Notes: generated by a model from the sequence alone, not told the origin. Numbered from the whole stretch's first letter, positions 48,921 to 63,201 are shown. The stretch is 63,816 nt of DNA, filler included, from Octopus bimaculoides (GCF_001194135.2; 5 parts of 4 records of this genome joined end to end with filler, not necessarily neighbours in it), one strand, 5' to 3'. Translations and numbers: made by a program.

Positions 48921-50974
48921 TATATAACATTGTCGGTTTTACCATTAATTTGGACCCTCTGTGTTTTATGTACTATTACCGTATTACTTAATATCATATC
49001 CCACTGAATAGGAATACTTGTGGTCCGGAACACAAGCCTATCTGCCTTCATTTGTCGCGTCTCGTCACTTCTTTTAAAGGTTAGTATGATTGAACTAAAA
49101 TATTTTAACGAAGGTCGACTTTGCCTTGCATCCTTTCGGGATCGGTAAAAGAAGTACCTGTCGAGTTCAAGGGTTGATGTAATCAGCTTCCCCACCCTCG
49201 TAGGTACTGGTCTTGTGTCGAAATTAGAATATTATATAATGAAGCATCACGGAATTGGAGATCCTAAACAGAAAGTATTCAAACTTGAACATATGTTAGT
49301 TAATTCCTTGGTGTATGCAAAAATATGCGTTTATTATTATAAGACTGTGAGTTCGAAGTTACGGTTTGGATTAGAGTTACGATGACGTAAATGAAAATTT
49401 AATAATTGTTTCGGCGGACTTTCAGAATAGCTGTCAAAAATTAAATTGGTTTTTTTTTTTTGTTATTTTATAATATCCCTTATTCTGAAACACAGGTAAA
49501 TCGCATTTAAAAAAGACATTTTTTCATAAATCCATGTTTATCAAACTTCTTAATCACATCGTTCGTTGTGCTTTCGGAATAGCTGTCACAATTAAAATGA
49601 TTTTGTTGTCGGTATTTTTCGTCATTGGCATTCTTTCGATATTAGTCTCAAATGAAAATCATATTTTATCGATGTGTTCGGCTATTTACAGAAAAACCTA
49701 TTTCTTTATTTTTTTATTTTATTTTGTCAGATTTGTACACCTCTGTCAAGCAAATCAAAGACAGTGTCGGTATCACCAGCACCCCCCTCCGTAAATTGCT
49801 GAGCACGTGGATAAAACAGCTGATTTTCATTTGAACTATAGGGTTCCACGAGAAAGAGTGAGATAAGCTAATGCTAATTTCATGATCGTAATATTACTAT
49901 ACATGCACAACATATTACTGGTTATTGTAATATTGTAGTGTATATATAATTATATATATAAATATATCTCCACGTGCGGTTAACACAACCCTACCATTTA
50001 CTGACTTATATATATAAATGATTTTATAATTATAACAAGGGATCAGCTTAATGCATCACCACGCATTGCTAGAAATAGACGTTAAAGTCTTTTTTACTAC
50101 CTTAAAATATCTGAGAATAACACACTTATTATTAAGTAAAAGAAAGATAATGAATCAAATTTGGTTAACCATAGACACATTTTGAACTCAAAGTAAAAAT
50201 AGTTTTACTTACTGTCTCATTAGTATGGTACTCTTTAAAGCATAAATTTGCAAGTATTTCGAAAATATGCACCTGATCATGTGACATCCTGTCCATGACA
50301 AAATTGCAGACGACAACATACACGTGATCACAATTTGCGAAGTAAACACTGGTACCACATGACACATTGCCCCATGAAGGTCACTACTAGCTTTCACTGC
50401 GCACGCAACCATGTGCTGCTATCTGTTGGTGTACTACAAAACTAGTCCGGCAACATTTTGATATCACCTCGTATGTATGCAAGCTTTTCCACTTTGTTTT
50501 GTTTCTATCTATGCATGGTTATGTTTTTAGTAAAAAAAATATGAAAAATATTTTTTAAACAAAATATAAAAAATTGCAAGTTACAGAAAATGCGTACATG
50601 GACATTAACGAACTGTTTGTATATGCTCTCTCAGCTACTTATATGCGTGCGTAACCTACTCATATTCAGCACATTGGCTTAATATAATTATCTTCAGAAG
50701 ACCCCTTCACTATACGATTTGTTCATTTAGTGTACTGTTCGTAAATGCTTCTCCAGCACATATACAAATGTAGTCTATTTGTAGTTTTTTCTTAAAATTT
50801 TAGTTCACTAAATGAATGGGCTGCAAATTACTTATACGTATGCATAGTCTGCTAGTGGATTGTTGATCAAACTTCAGTTCGTTATGCGAGTTTAATTTCC
50901 TTCAGAAAACCATTTCGTATATGGGTATCACACTGTACAGAAATAACTGACCTATCGACAGTGTGTGTATATTC

Positions 50975-51103
50975 TTTTCTACTCTAGGCACAAGACACGA
51001 AATTTTGGGGGAGGGGGCCAATTGATTACATCAGCCCCTGTACACAACTAGTACTTAATTTATCGATCCTGAAAGGATGAAAGGCAAAGTAGACTTCGGC
51101 GGA
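50975..51103 (-). mobile_element. SINE family B 3' part
   Basis: ctactctaggcacaag...ttttgggggagggggcc...aaggatgaaaggcaaagtagacttcggcggaa. Confidence 0.75.
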
Positions 51104-51890
51104 AACTTTTTCTTGCAAATGTGTAATTAATGGTCTTAATATATTTATCACTTGTGTTCAAACTTTCATTGTCTTGAAAATGGAGGCATTTCATGATTAA
51201 ATCAAATCGATTCCTTCTCATAGCTTCATACACAGCCACATTTCTCAAGTCGTCACTGACTGCCCAGTAGTGTGCTTTACTTGGCAATGGATTATAGCCT
51301 AATATCAAAATAGCAAAAAATACTTTTAACTCTTCTTTAGTCACACTTATGTCTTGCCTGTTTCTACACAGCGAATATTTTGTATTTTCACTGAACTAGC
51401 TCTTCGTCAAAAAACAACTCGAAAAGTTCTACCGCAGAAAAATCTCTGTATGCGGAATAATTTCGTTGAGGAAATATAGGTCGCGATTTAAAGCTTCGTT
51501 TTTGGGGCCAAACATACGATGGCTTTGGCGTAGTTATTTTTCATTTCCGACTACCAGATGGACCCACAGACGTTGTTGGATGAGAAGTGGAAGTTAGGGA
51601 TGTAGATTCAACTTCAGCATCTTCTTGCTCTTACATAAGCTTGTGCTGGGGCAATAAGTTGCTTTCCTGACAAATTTTCAATAAAGTATTCTTCCTCGCC
51701 TCCTGAATCTTCATCAGTTAGTGTACTAACGTCTGGAGGCTCTATGAAAATATCCGTTGCCCCTGCATCTGCATCATTTCCAAGATTATCCAATACTGTG
51801 TTCAAATCTGAAAACCTGCAATTGAGCATATTTTATATGAAAATGTACACTCATTCTCGTAACGTGCCGTATATGGCACGTTGATATTTA
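51104..51890 (-). mobile_element. piggyBac (PGBD-type) transposase 5' remnant
   Basis: DIFIEPPDVSTLTDEDSG; VELFELFFDEELV; VTKEELKVFFAIL...GYNPLP...YEAMRRNRFDLIMKCLHFQDN; frameshifted and cut off by a SINE. Confidence 0.85.
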
Positions 51891-52234
51891 CACATTGCTG
51901 CTACAGTTACCTTGTGCAAGAATGTTATCAAAGTGAAATAGAATACACACCAGTACCTCATGTGACTGTCACTAAAAAAAAAACTGTTTCCATAAAAATA
52001 AAATGCAAAACTACTTTTTATTAGACTTCACAAGAATCTTCCTTCAAAATTCTATACCTCAAAAGTGAAGCAATTTACATGCACTAAAACAACTTGGTAC
52101 TAATCAAATTGATAAAAAAATTTAAATACTAACCTAGCAGTCTACAAAATAGTAATAAATCATTAAATGAGTATTGTACAATAAAAGTTATGGACATGCA
52201 AATGAAGCATACACTTTGTGGTAGATATCGTCGA

Positions 52235-53140
52235 CTCCAGCTCGTATCCGAGCATTGGGTTCGTCAGTTTCCTTCCAGTCTCCTCGGCTGATGTTTGTGC
52301 TGATAGTGACTTTGGAATCCAAGCCGGTGGTGAAAGAGCCATGGGCAGAACTCGCACGGGATGGTCGGTGCGGGTCGAGGATGTTGAAGACGCTCCTTTC
52401 TTCTGCGTTTTGCCTCGCTTGAAGGAGTTAGCTCCATTGCGGATAGCAGTCCTCCGGGCTGTCCTATCCATGGCAATCTGTTCCCATGAGGATGACTGGA
52501 TGTTAGCTTGAGCCAAGGTCCATTTGAGCTTGTCTTTAAAACGGAATTTCGGACCTCCTCTGGATCTTGTTCCGATTGCAAGTTCTCTGTAGAGCATGAT
52601 CCTTGGGAGACGAGAGTGTTCCATACACTAAACGTGACCTGCCCAGGGTAGACGATGGCGAAGAACGGTGGCTTCGACACTTGGCAGAGAGGCGCGGCGA
52701 AGAACCTCATTGTTTGGTAACGTGATCTTCCCATTGTATGTTGATGGTATGTCGTAACTTCGATTGCTGGAATCATTCAAGGCGCATAAAGTCACGGCGG
52801 TACAACGTCCAAGTCTCACAAGAGTAGAGTTGACAGGACAATGGCACGGAAGACCATGATCTTTGTCCGGATGGTCAGCGGGTGATTGAAAATTACACGT
52901 TGGCTGAGTCTGCCGAAGGCGGAGTGGGCTGCTCCAATCCAGTTATCCACGTCCTTTTCACACGTGTGCGTCTTCGAAAGGATACTTCCAAGGTATGTGT
53001 AGTATTCAACTTCTAGGGGTTGGCCATTGATGCTAATGTTTGTAGGTGGACTGTTCTGGCCTGGTGCAGGCTGGATCAATGTCTTGGTCATTAATGTGTT
53101 TACCCGCATCCCAAAGCGTTCGTAAGCCGCGTGGTGACAA
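52235..53140 (-). mobile_element. RTE/BovB-like LINE 3' fragment with C-terminal C2H2 finger
   Basis: YYTYLGSILS...AHSAFGRL...RHRLPWAGHV...LPRIMLYRELAIGTRSRGGPKFRFKD; CEFCPWLFHHRLGFQSH. Confidence 0.9.
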
Positions 53141-53944
53141 ATAAGACACGCCAGGTTAGGAGCAGCAGGGGAGGGAACTCTCGAATTTAACTAACCATGA
53201 TTTATAGCAAGCGAGATAATTCGCAATAGTTACCTCCCTTCAAAATTAAGTTTCGTGGTAGAGACAATTTAGTCCTTCGAGCAGCTATAAATAACAACCA
53301 AATAATACCTTATTGTCTTAAAAAAAAAAAAATAAACGAAATAACATAACGTAATTTTACATACGCCGTATTTGAGTAGAAGACTGGAACACTTTTAACC
53401 CTTCGACTGCAAAATTAACTTTCGTAGTTATTCTAGTAGCGATGTTAAATATTTACCAGAAAATAGAACTTTCCTCTAAGTGACATTGGACTTGTGGCAT
53501 GTATACCTTTGCTAAAGTTTACTGCACAGTATGTAATCATCCTCCTTTTTAGTCACTTTATACTGGAAATAGTTTCAAAGATGACCTTCTTCAGCAAAAG
53601 ATAAATTGGAAAAAACAAAATTTTGAGTGAATATATTTATTATCTGAAGTAAATGAGTTAATCGTGAGTCTGCTTGAGCTGGAGCTAACAACATTTGTTT
53701 CAAGTTCCTTATTGCTCTGAGACAGCTGAGATCAGACATTGATGAATTTTAAACAACGACGAAGACATTCTGCTTTAAATATGGATGTAACGTTTTAGGG
53801 AGTGTCTCATTGCGACTTTTTCTGTAAATTAAGTTCTTTGTGTTTGACTTTATTTTATTCTGTCTTCTATTGGTGTCTATATTAAACAATTATGTATGCA
53901 TTTACTGGATTTCTGTTTATATCAGGGTTTGGCAACGTGATCAG

Positions 53945-54585
53945 TATTGACTTTTGGGCGCCTATTTGGCAAGGTTTCTACAGCTGAATGCCCTTCCTAA
54001 TACCAACCACTCCGAGAGTGTAGTGGGTGCTTTTTATGTGTCACTGGCACGTCAGGTGGCGCTGGCATCACTCGAATGGTGCTTTTTACATACTACAGTC
54101 ATGGGTGCCAGTCAGGCGGCACTGGCATCAACCACAACTATGATCTCACTTGACTTACCTGGTCTTCTCAAGCACAGCATATCTCCAAAGGTCTTGGTTG
54201 CTTATTATTGCCTCTGTGAAGCCCAATGTTTCAAGGTCGTGCTTCACCACCTCATCCCATGTCTTCCTGGGTCAACCTTTTCCACAGGTTCCCTCCATTG
54301 TTAGGATGTGACACTTCTTCACAGCTGTCCTCATCCGTACGCAACACATGACCATACCAGCACAGTCGTCTCTCTTGCACACCACATTTGATGCGTCTTA
54401 TGTCCAACTTTTCTCTCAAGGTGCTTACACTCTCATGTATGCACATTACACATCCAGTGAAGCATACTAGCTTCATTTCTTTCAAGCCTACGCATGTCCT
54501 CAGCAGTCGCAGCCCATGTTTCACTGCCGTGTAGCATGGCTGTTCACACATCATACAGTCTACCTTTCACTCTGAGCAAGAAGCC
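53945..54585 (-). mobile_element. RTE LINE 3' end plus family C-like tail
   Basis: ESVSTLREKLDIRRIKCGVQERRLCWYGHVLRTDEDSC. Confidence 0.8.
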
Positions 54586-54677
<92 letters not shown>

Positions 54678-54701
54678 ATGTATGTATGTGTGTGTGTCTT
54701 T

Positions 54702-54801
54702 NNNNNNNNNNNNNNNNNNNNNNNNNNNNNNNNNNNNNNNNNNNNTTAATTAATTAANNNNNNNNNNNNNNNNNNNNNNNNNNNNNNNNNNNNNNNNNNN
54801 N
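54702..54801. other. Artificial scaffold-join spacer
   Basis: 44 N + TTAATTAATTAA (54746-54757) + 44 N. Confidence 0.9.
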
Positions 54802-57800
54802 ATATATATATATATATATATATAAAAACGTGTGTATCTACCCTTTCTTAATGCAGTAATTTGTATTTTAACTGTGGCTCTAAATATTGCAAACAGTTTA
54901 CTGATATTTTGATTTGGAAGGAAAAGCAAAGCACACACACACAAGCTCATCCCCTGCTTTTAAATAGAGTAGCTTACAGATTAAAATCTGTTGGGAAAGG
55001 CTCAAGAGTTGATGGAATGACTCTAAAAAGTAATTTGCATTCTTTTTTTTATCAAAATCTCTAGTGTTAAATTTATTCTGGGTCATTTTTTTTTTCTTGT
55101 CTGAATTTGTGTATACAAAGCCTTTCCTTGTTTTTGTCTGTCTATATGCTAAGACAGTGTATGCACATGTAATGTATATACAATGTATGTGCACTACAAA
55201 GTCTGTTGGTTTATGGCATGTCCATTTTTCACTCTAAAAGGTATCAATATAGTTGTGTGTGTGCATTTATAAAAAAAAAAATTAATACAGCTGAGGCAGT
55301 ACAATTAAGTGGAGGTTTTAGTGCATCTATATTGATACCTCATAGTTCAAATCCTGCCAGTGACAGCTTTGATTTTTGTCCTGAGGTTGATAAGGTACCA
55401 GAAATATGCTAGAGATGATTGAATTGATAACTAAAAGGAAATTTATACTAAAAAAAATTACAGCTTCATATGTAATAAATCTATGTATCATTCTAATTGT
55501 TTTTTTGCCCTGAGGCATTTTATTCTTTGACTCTGGTGTTATTCTATTTGTCACAACATTCGTATGTTTGAACGTTAGGCTTTTGAAGGGAATTAACCTT
55601 GTCTTTACTTCAATTGTTATTATGTAATTTAGTCAGATAGGCAGACTAAGATGGCAGGAGAGATCTAACTATTGTTAGTGGAGCGAGGCAGCAATAGTCA
55701 GAGAGGAAACACATCAACAAAAAAGATTATGTACAGTGAAATCCTGGACTAAATACCAGAAATTTCCAATTTTATAAACTCATCTTCCAAACAATTTTGG
55801 TTAAATTTACATCTGCTCTAAATCTTAATTTTTCAATAACCTCAATCTTGCTTATTGTCATAAAAGTAAATAACATGATGAAATAATGTTATGAAATCAT
55901 TATATAAATTTATGCATCAAGATAGAAATAGTAAAACTTATAAATCATAGAATTTCAACATGTCCTGCTTACATTACCTTCACTGTTACTCTGTCTCTTG
56001 TAGTTAGACTATAAGTCAGCAAGGAAAGTATTTTAGTTTCTTAAATTTTATTCTTTAAGGTTATATAAATGACCTTAAACTAAGGAATAAAATTGAAAAC
56101 ATGAAGCAGATAAGAAGTTTATCTTTTTATACTTAGGTGCAGGCATGTGGTTTCAGGTTCAATCCCACAGCTCAGTAACTTTGGTGCCTTCGACTTAGCC
56201 CTGGGTTAACCAATACTTTGTGAGGGAGTTTGGTAGCTGGAAAGTGTGCAGAAGTCTGTTATGTATGTTAAAATAAATATAAATTAGATACAGGTGTGTG
56301 TGTGTATACATACACAATTATATATATATATATATATATATCACATACACACATACATATATATATAACACATTTTTATATGTTACACACTTATACATAT
56401 GTATATTCATGTGTGTAGTGTGTATGTATGCACGGATATGCATGAAAGTTGATATTCCAAGCTTGTCATCAGTTGTGCAAAGCGGTAGTAATGTTGACAT
56501 TCCTTGTTGACTGGTTGCCCTGTGCTAAAAATAAAAAAAAAATTTTAATCTCTTATTTGAAAGCAGATAAAAGCTGGTGACAGGAAGAGCATCCAGTCAT
56601 AAAAATTTTTTTCTTTTATATGCAGTTTTTAGAGAAGAGCAAAACAAAATAACAAAGTCTATCAAATAGAATGTCAGTGATAACATTAACAGAGAACAAA
56701 TGCAACTAAATAACTCAAAGAACAGCTGGTAGAATATCTAGAACCTCAAGAAAGGAATCAAACACAAGAAATACTGAATGAGTACTTACTTGATTTGAGA
56801 AATGTTCAGACAAGAAGACAACATTAGAGACAATTTGCAATCTGGTGCTCCTATGATATGGCAAAAGAATGAACAAGTTTCAATTGAACCCTACAATTTA
56901 CATCAGAGTAATGGCTAGATTCTATCTTCATTGTAATAATTTGAGATCCAGAATTGAGCTTATACACTGTGGTCATAATGGTAAAATTTGACTTTCTTTT
57001 CTGCAGTCTTATTTTGAAAGAAGCTAATAATATCTAAAAGTATAGCTGTACAGTTTCTTTCATTTTATTTGGTACAAAAATTACCATACCTGTGCATAGA
57101 AAATGATCACCCAGCATATAGCCAATTTTACACTATTGTTGCTGTTCAAAATTTAGAATGTGTACTTAATAATTTATTTTATAAGTAATGAAATTGCCAG
57201 TGTTTATCGGTGAAAATGAAGTCCCTCTAGAAAATAGAGACATAATTTATACTAGAGATGTGCCATTAACAAGTGTCTCATACCGTACCATCTTGATTTT
57301 ATTTTTCAAACTAAGATGACTATACAAAAGTTCTACTGTTGACATCTAAAATACAGAAGTGGCTTCTGTTATTCATAGATCAGGAAAGGTTTTTCAACTA
57401 TATTTAATCAGTATACATCAAAATTTAAAGGGTGCTATTTACAGTTTTTAAGAAGCAACCTATTTCAGCTGTAAGTTGGACAATGAACTTACAGCTGGAG
57501 GGAGAGAAAAAACAACTTAAAACTATGAATAGTAGAGATTTTCCAGCTGTTATAACAATAGTAGCGATGTATAGTACATCTAACTTTTTAGCGTACACCT
57601 GTATTCTAAACACATGCCAAAATTGTAAACACTCTAACAAGAAATAAACTGGAAAATTAATGAAACTTGCTAACATCTACCATAAAATTTAAATGTCAAG
57701 CTTGTTCATTGGACAGATTAAACTGTTGATTATGTTCAATGAACCATTTTCATGTCATGGAAATGCCCATCATCTTAAATAAATTACTATTCAGTACAAT

Positions 57801-58479
57801 GGTATTGAGAACTTGTTCTTTCGTTTATTACAGCCAACATATATATTTCTTTGAAGTTGATGACACAGTCCTGTCACAAATCAGTTCTGCTTTTTGTTGA
57901 GTAGTGATGGAGCGACTCATCAGTCGTAAATGGATATACTTTACATATATTGTCCAGTTTGTTTACCCAAATTCGTGTAAATAAATATGTATACAATGTG
58001 AATTCATTAGACTAGCCCCCTCAACTGACAGGGAAGTTGTATTGAGGGTAGGTGGCTTTGTACTAGCTAATGAAAGGTTAGAGTATGATACAGGGATAAA
58101 AACAGGTTTCTTGCTGTAGATGAGATACATGGCTACCCCAGTTAGGAAAGGAGAAAGAGAAAATGATGAAGATGTATTGGAACCCAGCCTCATATTACAA
58201 GAAGTATATAAGTGGTACAGAGGATTAGATAGGGTGAGTGGGCAGGTAAGTTCATGAAAGTGCAAAAGGAGAATATTTGATGGGGAAGCGAATGCAATGA
58301 GTGTATACATGTGTGTTTAGGAATATGAGTTGCTGAGGAAAGAGACAAGTTATGCATAGGTAAGTTTGTGTGAGAGAGATGGAGGTGAAATGAGTGAAGG
58401 GAGGGAAATGTGTTAGGAAGATGACGAGCATAGACATGATCAATGTGCCTTTAGAGTTTCATTACTACTTAGATAGACA

Positions 58480-59600
58480 GGTCTTCTGAAGTACAGCAAA
58501 TCACCAATTATCTCGGTCCTTTATCATATTTTATGTGAGCTTCAACATCTGAAGGTCATTTCTCACCACTTTTTCCTGAGTCTACCTCTTCCATAGGTTC
58601 CATTCACATTTAGTGATCAGTGCTTCTTTATGCTAGTGCTTTCATCCATATACATCACATGACAATACCAGTGCAGTCTTTTGCATACCACATCTAATGT
58701 ATCTTATGCACAGTTTTGCTTTTAACACATTTACTCTTTGTCATACATGCACACTGACATTGCATATCCAACAGAACATGCTAGCTTCATTTCTTTTGCG
58801 CTTAAGTATGTTCTCTGCATTCACAGACCACGTTTCACTACCATGTAGCATTGCTGTTAATACATGAACATCATATGATCTGTCTTTCATCCTGAGGGAG
58901 AGGCCCTTTGTTACCAACGAAGGTAATAGTTTTCTGAACTTTCTCCAGCCAGTTCTGATTCTAGTGACTATTCTTTCAGAGCATCCTCCTCCACTGCTAT
59001 TTAGGGTGCTGTGATAACAAAACTATTTACTATCTTTAAGGTATCTCCTCCTGAGCATTTGAGAGAATCTATTTCCAATGTGTTCTTAGTGTTTATTGTT
59101 CCTGCACATCTAGTACACACAAAAACTAATTTTTTCTCTGTTAATTTTCTGCACCTTTTATGTGTCCATAACTTGTACTGAATACACCATATGGAATTTC
59201 TAACTACACCTTTTCTACATATTGGGCAGGGCCATTTTCCTGAAGGAATTAGTAATTTGTTTGCTTTCTTGCTTATTCAGGTTTCAATCTTTGTTAAGTT
59301 AATTTTAAGACACTTTGATTCTACACCTGAAACTTTTCTGATTCTACTATAAATTCAGCTATAAGAATAAGGTCTCCAGTGTAGAGGAGCTCCTATGGGC
59401 ACTCAGTCTTAAACAACTCTGTTATGGCCTGGAGGATTATAATAAATAAGAGCAGACTGGGAAATGAGCCCAAGTGGACTCCTACCTGCACACTAAGTTC
59501 ATTACTATATTTATTACTGACTTTCATTTTACTAACAAAGCACCCCTGTATATAACTGGGATGACTGTCATATGTACACTTATGTAATTGCTTCATGAGA
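58480..59600 (-). mobile_element. RTE LINE RT-to-3' fragment, decayed (same family as 54150-54585)
   Basis: KVSNKYSNELSVQVGVHLGSFPSLLLFIIILQAITELFKTECPWELL; nucleotide similarity with 54330-54580. Confidence 0.75.
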
Positions 59601-60208
59601 AAAAACTTAAGAGAATGCAGACAATATTAGATGCAGTCTCCAAGAAGCAATGAATGTGTGAAGAAAAACCAGAGCCGGGAGCAAATATATCCCCCTATTG
59701 CCCTATTTTGTACTTTTGCTTTTCAACTGAATGAGAAGCATGTAGGTTTGTGTACACAAGGCTTAAGTTGATTAATTAAACCTGTTTCATGATTGAATAA
59801 TAACATTGCATCTTAATGAAACTAGTTTTCTATTTTATCAATTCTAGATTACAGTGTGTTACATGAAATTGCTTGATGACACCTAAAGTTGTTAAGCATT
59901 GCCTACACCTTCACTTGTATTCACACCACTAAAAATAGCTTGTATCTCTATGCTGTTATAACCCCATGTAGTGCTGTTTTCTTTATATTTGCATTGTTTT
60001 AGAAACATAATTGAGAGGTAACCAAAGTATTACTGTGTGCATATATATATCTATGTTTTTCTGAACCCGGAACCATGTGGTTGGTAAGCAAGCTACTTAC
60101 CACACAGCNNNNNNNNNNNNNNNNNNNNNNNNNNNNNNNNNNNNNNNNNNNNNNNNNNNNNNNNNNNNNNNNNNNNNNNNNNNNNNNNNNNNNNNNNNNN
60201 NNNNNNNN

Positions 60209-61320
60209 CTCCGGACATTGAACATATAACAGTCGTCTGCTATAAGTTGTCACTACAGGGATATAACATTAATTTGTATTTTCGGTGGTCGCATCACTAC
60301 CCCTTCCCTAGTTCTTTGTCGTCCCGACAAAAACAAACAACATTTCTAACTCCTTCCTCGATGCCTTTTCCCGGTGCGTAGTGACTTCGACTCTTCTGCA
60401 CAATGCAACCGACTCTGCTGCTGGTCCACTGCCTGGCACAGTCCCATGATTTGCCCTCTACAAATCTTCTGCGCCACTGTAGAAGAGTTGGCTGCTACAA
60501 CTAGCACTTCATTAGCTCCTGCTTCCACCAGTGTTCTTCCGACTATCATTCCAGCTTTCGTCTTGCCTCGTCTGTCGGGCTCCACCAGCCCCAGACAGCT
60601 ATCAATCAGGTTGCTCACATGACACTGGAGCAGCTTTTCCGACCGCGGTGGTATCACGTCGTCCGTAGCGCTCTTACCTCGCTACCGGGCGTGGTCCGTC
60701 TTACCACCTTAACAGGGACCGATCTTCCCTGCACTGAAAGCTTCATTAACTGCAAGTCCAGCTGACAAGCCATGGACGTTAAATAGTCCAGTCCTAAAAT
60801 GCATGGGTCCTCCATCTCAACCACATAAACAGGAAGCACAACTTCCAATCCGGCAACATCGATCCGGACTTTAACTGGCCCTCTCAGCTCAGTGCAATGT
60901 CCGGTAACTCCACACAACTGCTGCGATGCCTCTGGCAGGTCTAGATCCTGTAACACATCGGACCTCACAAAAGTTTGTCCCGAGGCCGAATCAATTACCA
61001 GAGAACACGTCCGGCCATTAACCTTTCCGCTCACTCGTAGGCTGTCCATCACAGTCCTGGTACGCCGTCTCGAGTGTGGAGCTCCTTTGGACCGTCTGGC
61101 TGGTGGTTGCCCCTTAACACCAGCTCCTCTTAGTTTTCCGACTCTATTTCTTGTTGGGCAGTCATAACTCAGGTGTCCCTGTTTCTTGCAACACCAACAC
61201 TCGCCCTTGAAAATAGACTCTGCTTTTCCGTTCTGTTTCTTCTCTCACCGCCAACTGTAGCAGTCCCGCCGCCTGTGTCCACTTCTCCCACAGTGCCAAC
61301 AACACACACCAGTCATCTCT
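60209..61320 (-). mobile_element. Ty3/gypsy remnant: two gag zinc knuckles, aspartic protease, PPT and probable 3' LTR start
   Basis: CWHCGRSGHRRRDC and CWCCKKQGHLSYDC; LVIDSASGQTFV...CILGLDYL; purine tract aggaaggggtag (60308-60297) followed by TG. Confidence 0.88.
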
Positions 61321-61420
61321 NNNNNNNNNNNNNNNNNNNNNNNNNNNNNNNNNNNNNNNNNNNNTTAATTAATTAANNNNNNNNNNNNNNNNNNNNNNNN
61401 NNNNNNNNNNNNNNNNNNNN
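61321..61420. other. Artificial scaffold-join spacer
   Basis: 44 N + TTAATTAATTAA (61365-61376) + 44 N. Confidence 0.9.
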
Positions 61421-61625
61421 AAGAAGAAGAAGAAGAAGAAGAAGAAAGAGGAGGAGAAGAAGAAGAAGAAGAAGAAGAAGAAGAAGAAAGAGGAGGAGGA
61501 GAAGAAGAAGAAGAAAGAGGAGGAGGAGGAGAAGAAGAAGAAGAAGAAGAAAGAGGAGGAGGAGGAGAAGAAGAAGAAGAAGAAGAAGAAGAAGAAGAAG
61601 AAGAAGGAGGTGGAAGAAGAAGAAA
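61421..61625. repeat. Compound (GAA)/(GAG) microsatellite
   Basis: Direct reading. Confidence 0.95.
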
Positions 61626-62105
61626 AAAAGAAAAGAAAAGAAAAGGAAAAAGGTAATGATGAGGCTGATGCGGGTGAAGATGACTCTAAACCATAAGTTC
61701 TTAATAAGAAAACGCAGGTTATACCGACTTTCAGTTGCACTTATAAAGTCGAGTAAACATTTACTGCTGCTTTCGATTGTCGTCAGTTACACTTCATCCT
61801 CTTATCAAATCCCGGAGTTAAGGAAGAGGGAAAACCATCTTCGTATCGTATGGATTACAGGAAGGATAAACCCCCCAAACAGACTTGAGAATTAGATAAA
61901 AAGTTAGAATCCTTTCCTGCAATTGTTGTTTATTTTATTTCATATTATTCTATTTTAGTTTCATAACATATCCATTTGGCCGGGACTTAACTGCAGTTTC
62001 CATAGCAAGTAAGAGATAAAACTCTCTCCTTGGATATGATGTTTTAGAACCGTCTGGTGATGACTATGAAAATAATGATGGCGAATTCGATGATTCTGCC
62101 GGCTG

Positions 62106-62136
<31 letters not shown>

Positions 62137-63081
62137 CTACGGTGGCAGCGGCTGCAGCGGTTGCGTCGGCGGTGATGATGACGCCAATGATGATGATGAT
62201 GATGATGATGATNNNNNNNNNNNNNNNNNNNNNNNNNNNNNNNNNNNNNNNNNNNNNNNNNNNNNNNNNNNNNNNNNNNNNNNNNNNNNNNNNNNNNNNN
62301 NNNNNNNNNNNNNNNNNNNNNNNNNNNNNNNNNNNNNNNNNNNNNNNNNNNNNNNNNNNNNNNNNNNNNNNNNNNNNNNNNNNNNNNNNNNNNNNNNNNN
62401 NNNNNNNNNNNNNNNNNNNNNNNNNNNNNNNNNNNNNNNNNNNNNNNNNNNNNNNNNNNNNNNNNNNNNNNNNNNNNNNNNNNNNNNNNNNNNNNNNNNN
62501 NNNNNNNNNNNNNNNNNNNNNNNNNNNNNNNNNNNNNNNNNNNNNNNNNNNNNNNNNNNNNNNNNNNNNNNNNNNNNNNNNNNNNNNNNNNNNNNNNNNN
62601 NNNNNNNNNNNNNNNNNNNNNNNNNNNNNNNNNNNNNNNNNNNNNNNNNNNNNNNNNNNNNNNNNNNNNNNNNNNNNNNNNNNNNNNNNNNNNNNNNNNN
62701 NNNNNNNNNNNNNNNNNNNNNNNNNNNNNNNNNNNNNNNNNNNNNNNNNNNNNNNNNNNNNNNNNNNNNNNNNNNNNNNNNNNNNNNNNNNNNNNNNNNN
62801 NNNNNNNNNNNNNNNNNNNNNNNNNNNNNNNNNNNNNNNNNNNNNNNNNNNNNNNNNNNNNNNNNNNNNNNNNNNNNNNNNNNNNNNNNNNNNNNNNNNN
62901 NNNNNNNNNNNNNNNNNNNNNNNNNNNNNNNNNNNNNNNNNNNNNNNNNNNNNNNNNNNNNNNNNNNNNNNNNNNNNNNNNNNNNNNNNNNNNNNNNNNN
63001 NNNNNNNNNNNNNNNNNNNNNNNNNNNNNNNNNNNNNNNNNNNNNNNNNNNNNNNNNNNNNNNNNNNNNNNNNNNNNNNNN

Positions 63082-63082
63082 N

Positions 63083-63124
<42 letters not shown>

Positions 63125-63140
63125 TTTCTCTATTTCTTTA

Positions 63141-63201
<61 letters not shown>

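Noticed and set aside
57960-58440. Possible LINE AP-endonuclease relic on the minus strand
   Set aside because: Only vague similarity (NILLL..., GVAMYL); too degraded to call.
62057-62212. Gly/Val/Asp-rich ORF start
   Set aside because: Made of (GTT)(GGT)(GAT) trinucleotide runs next to a gap.
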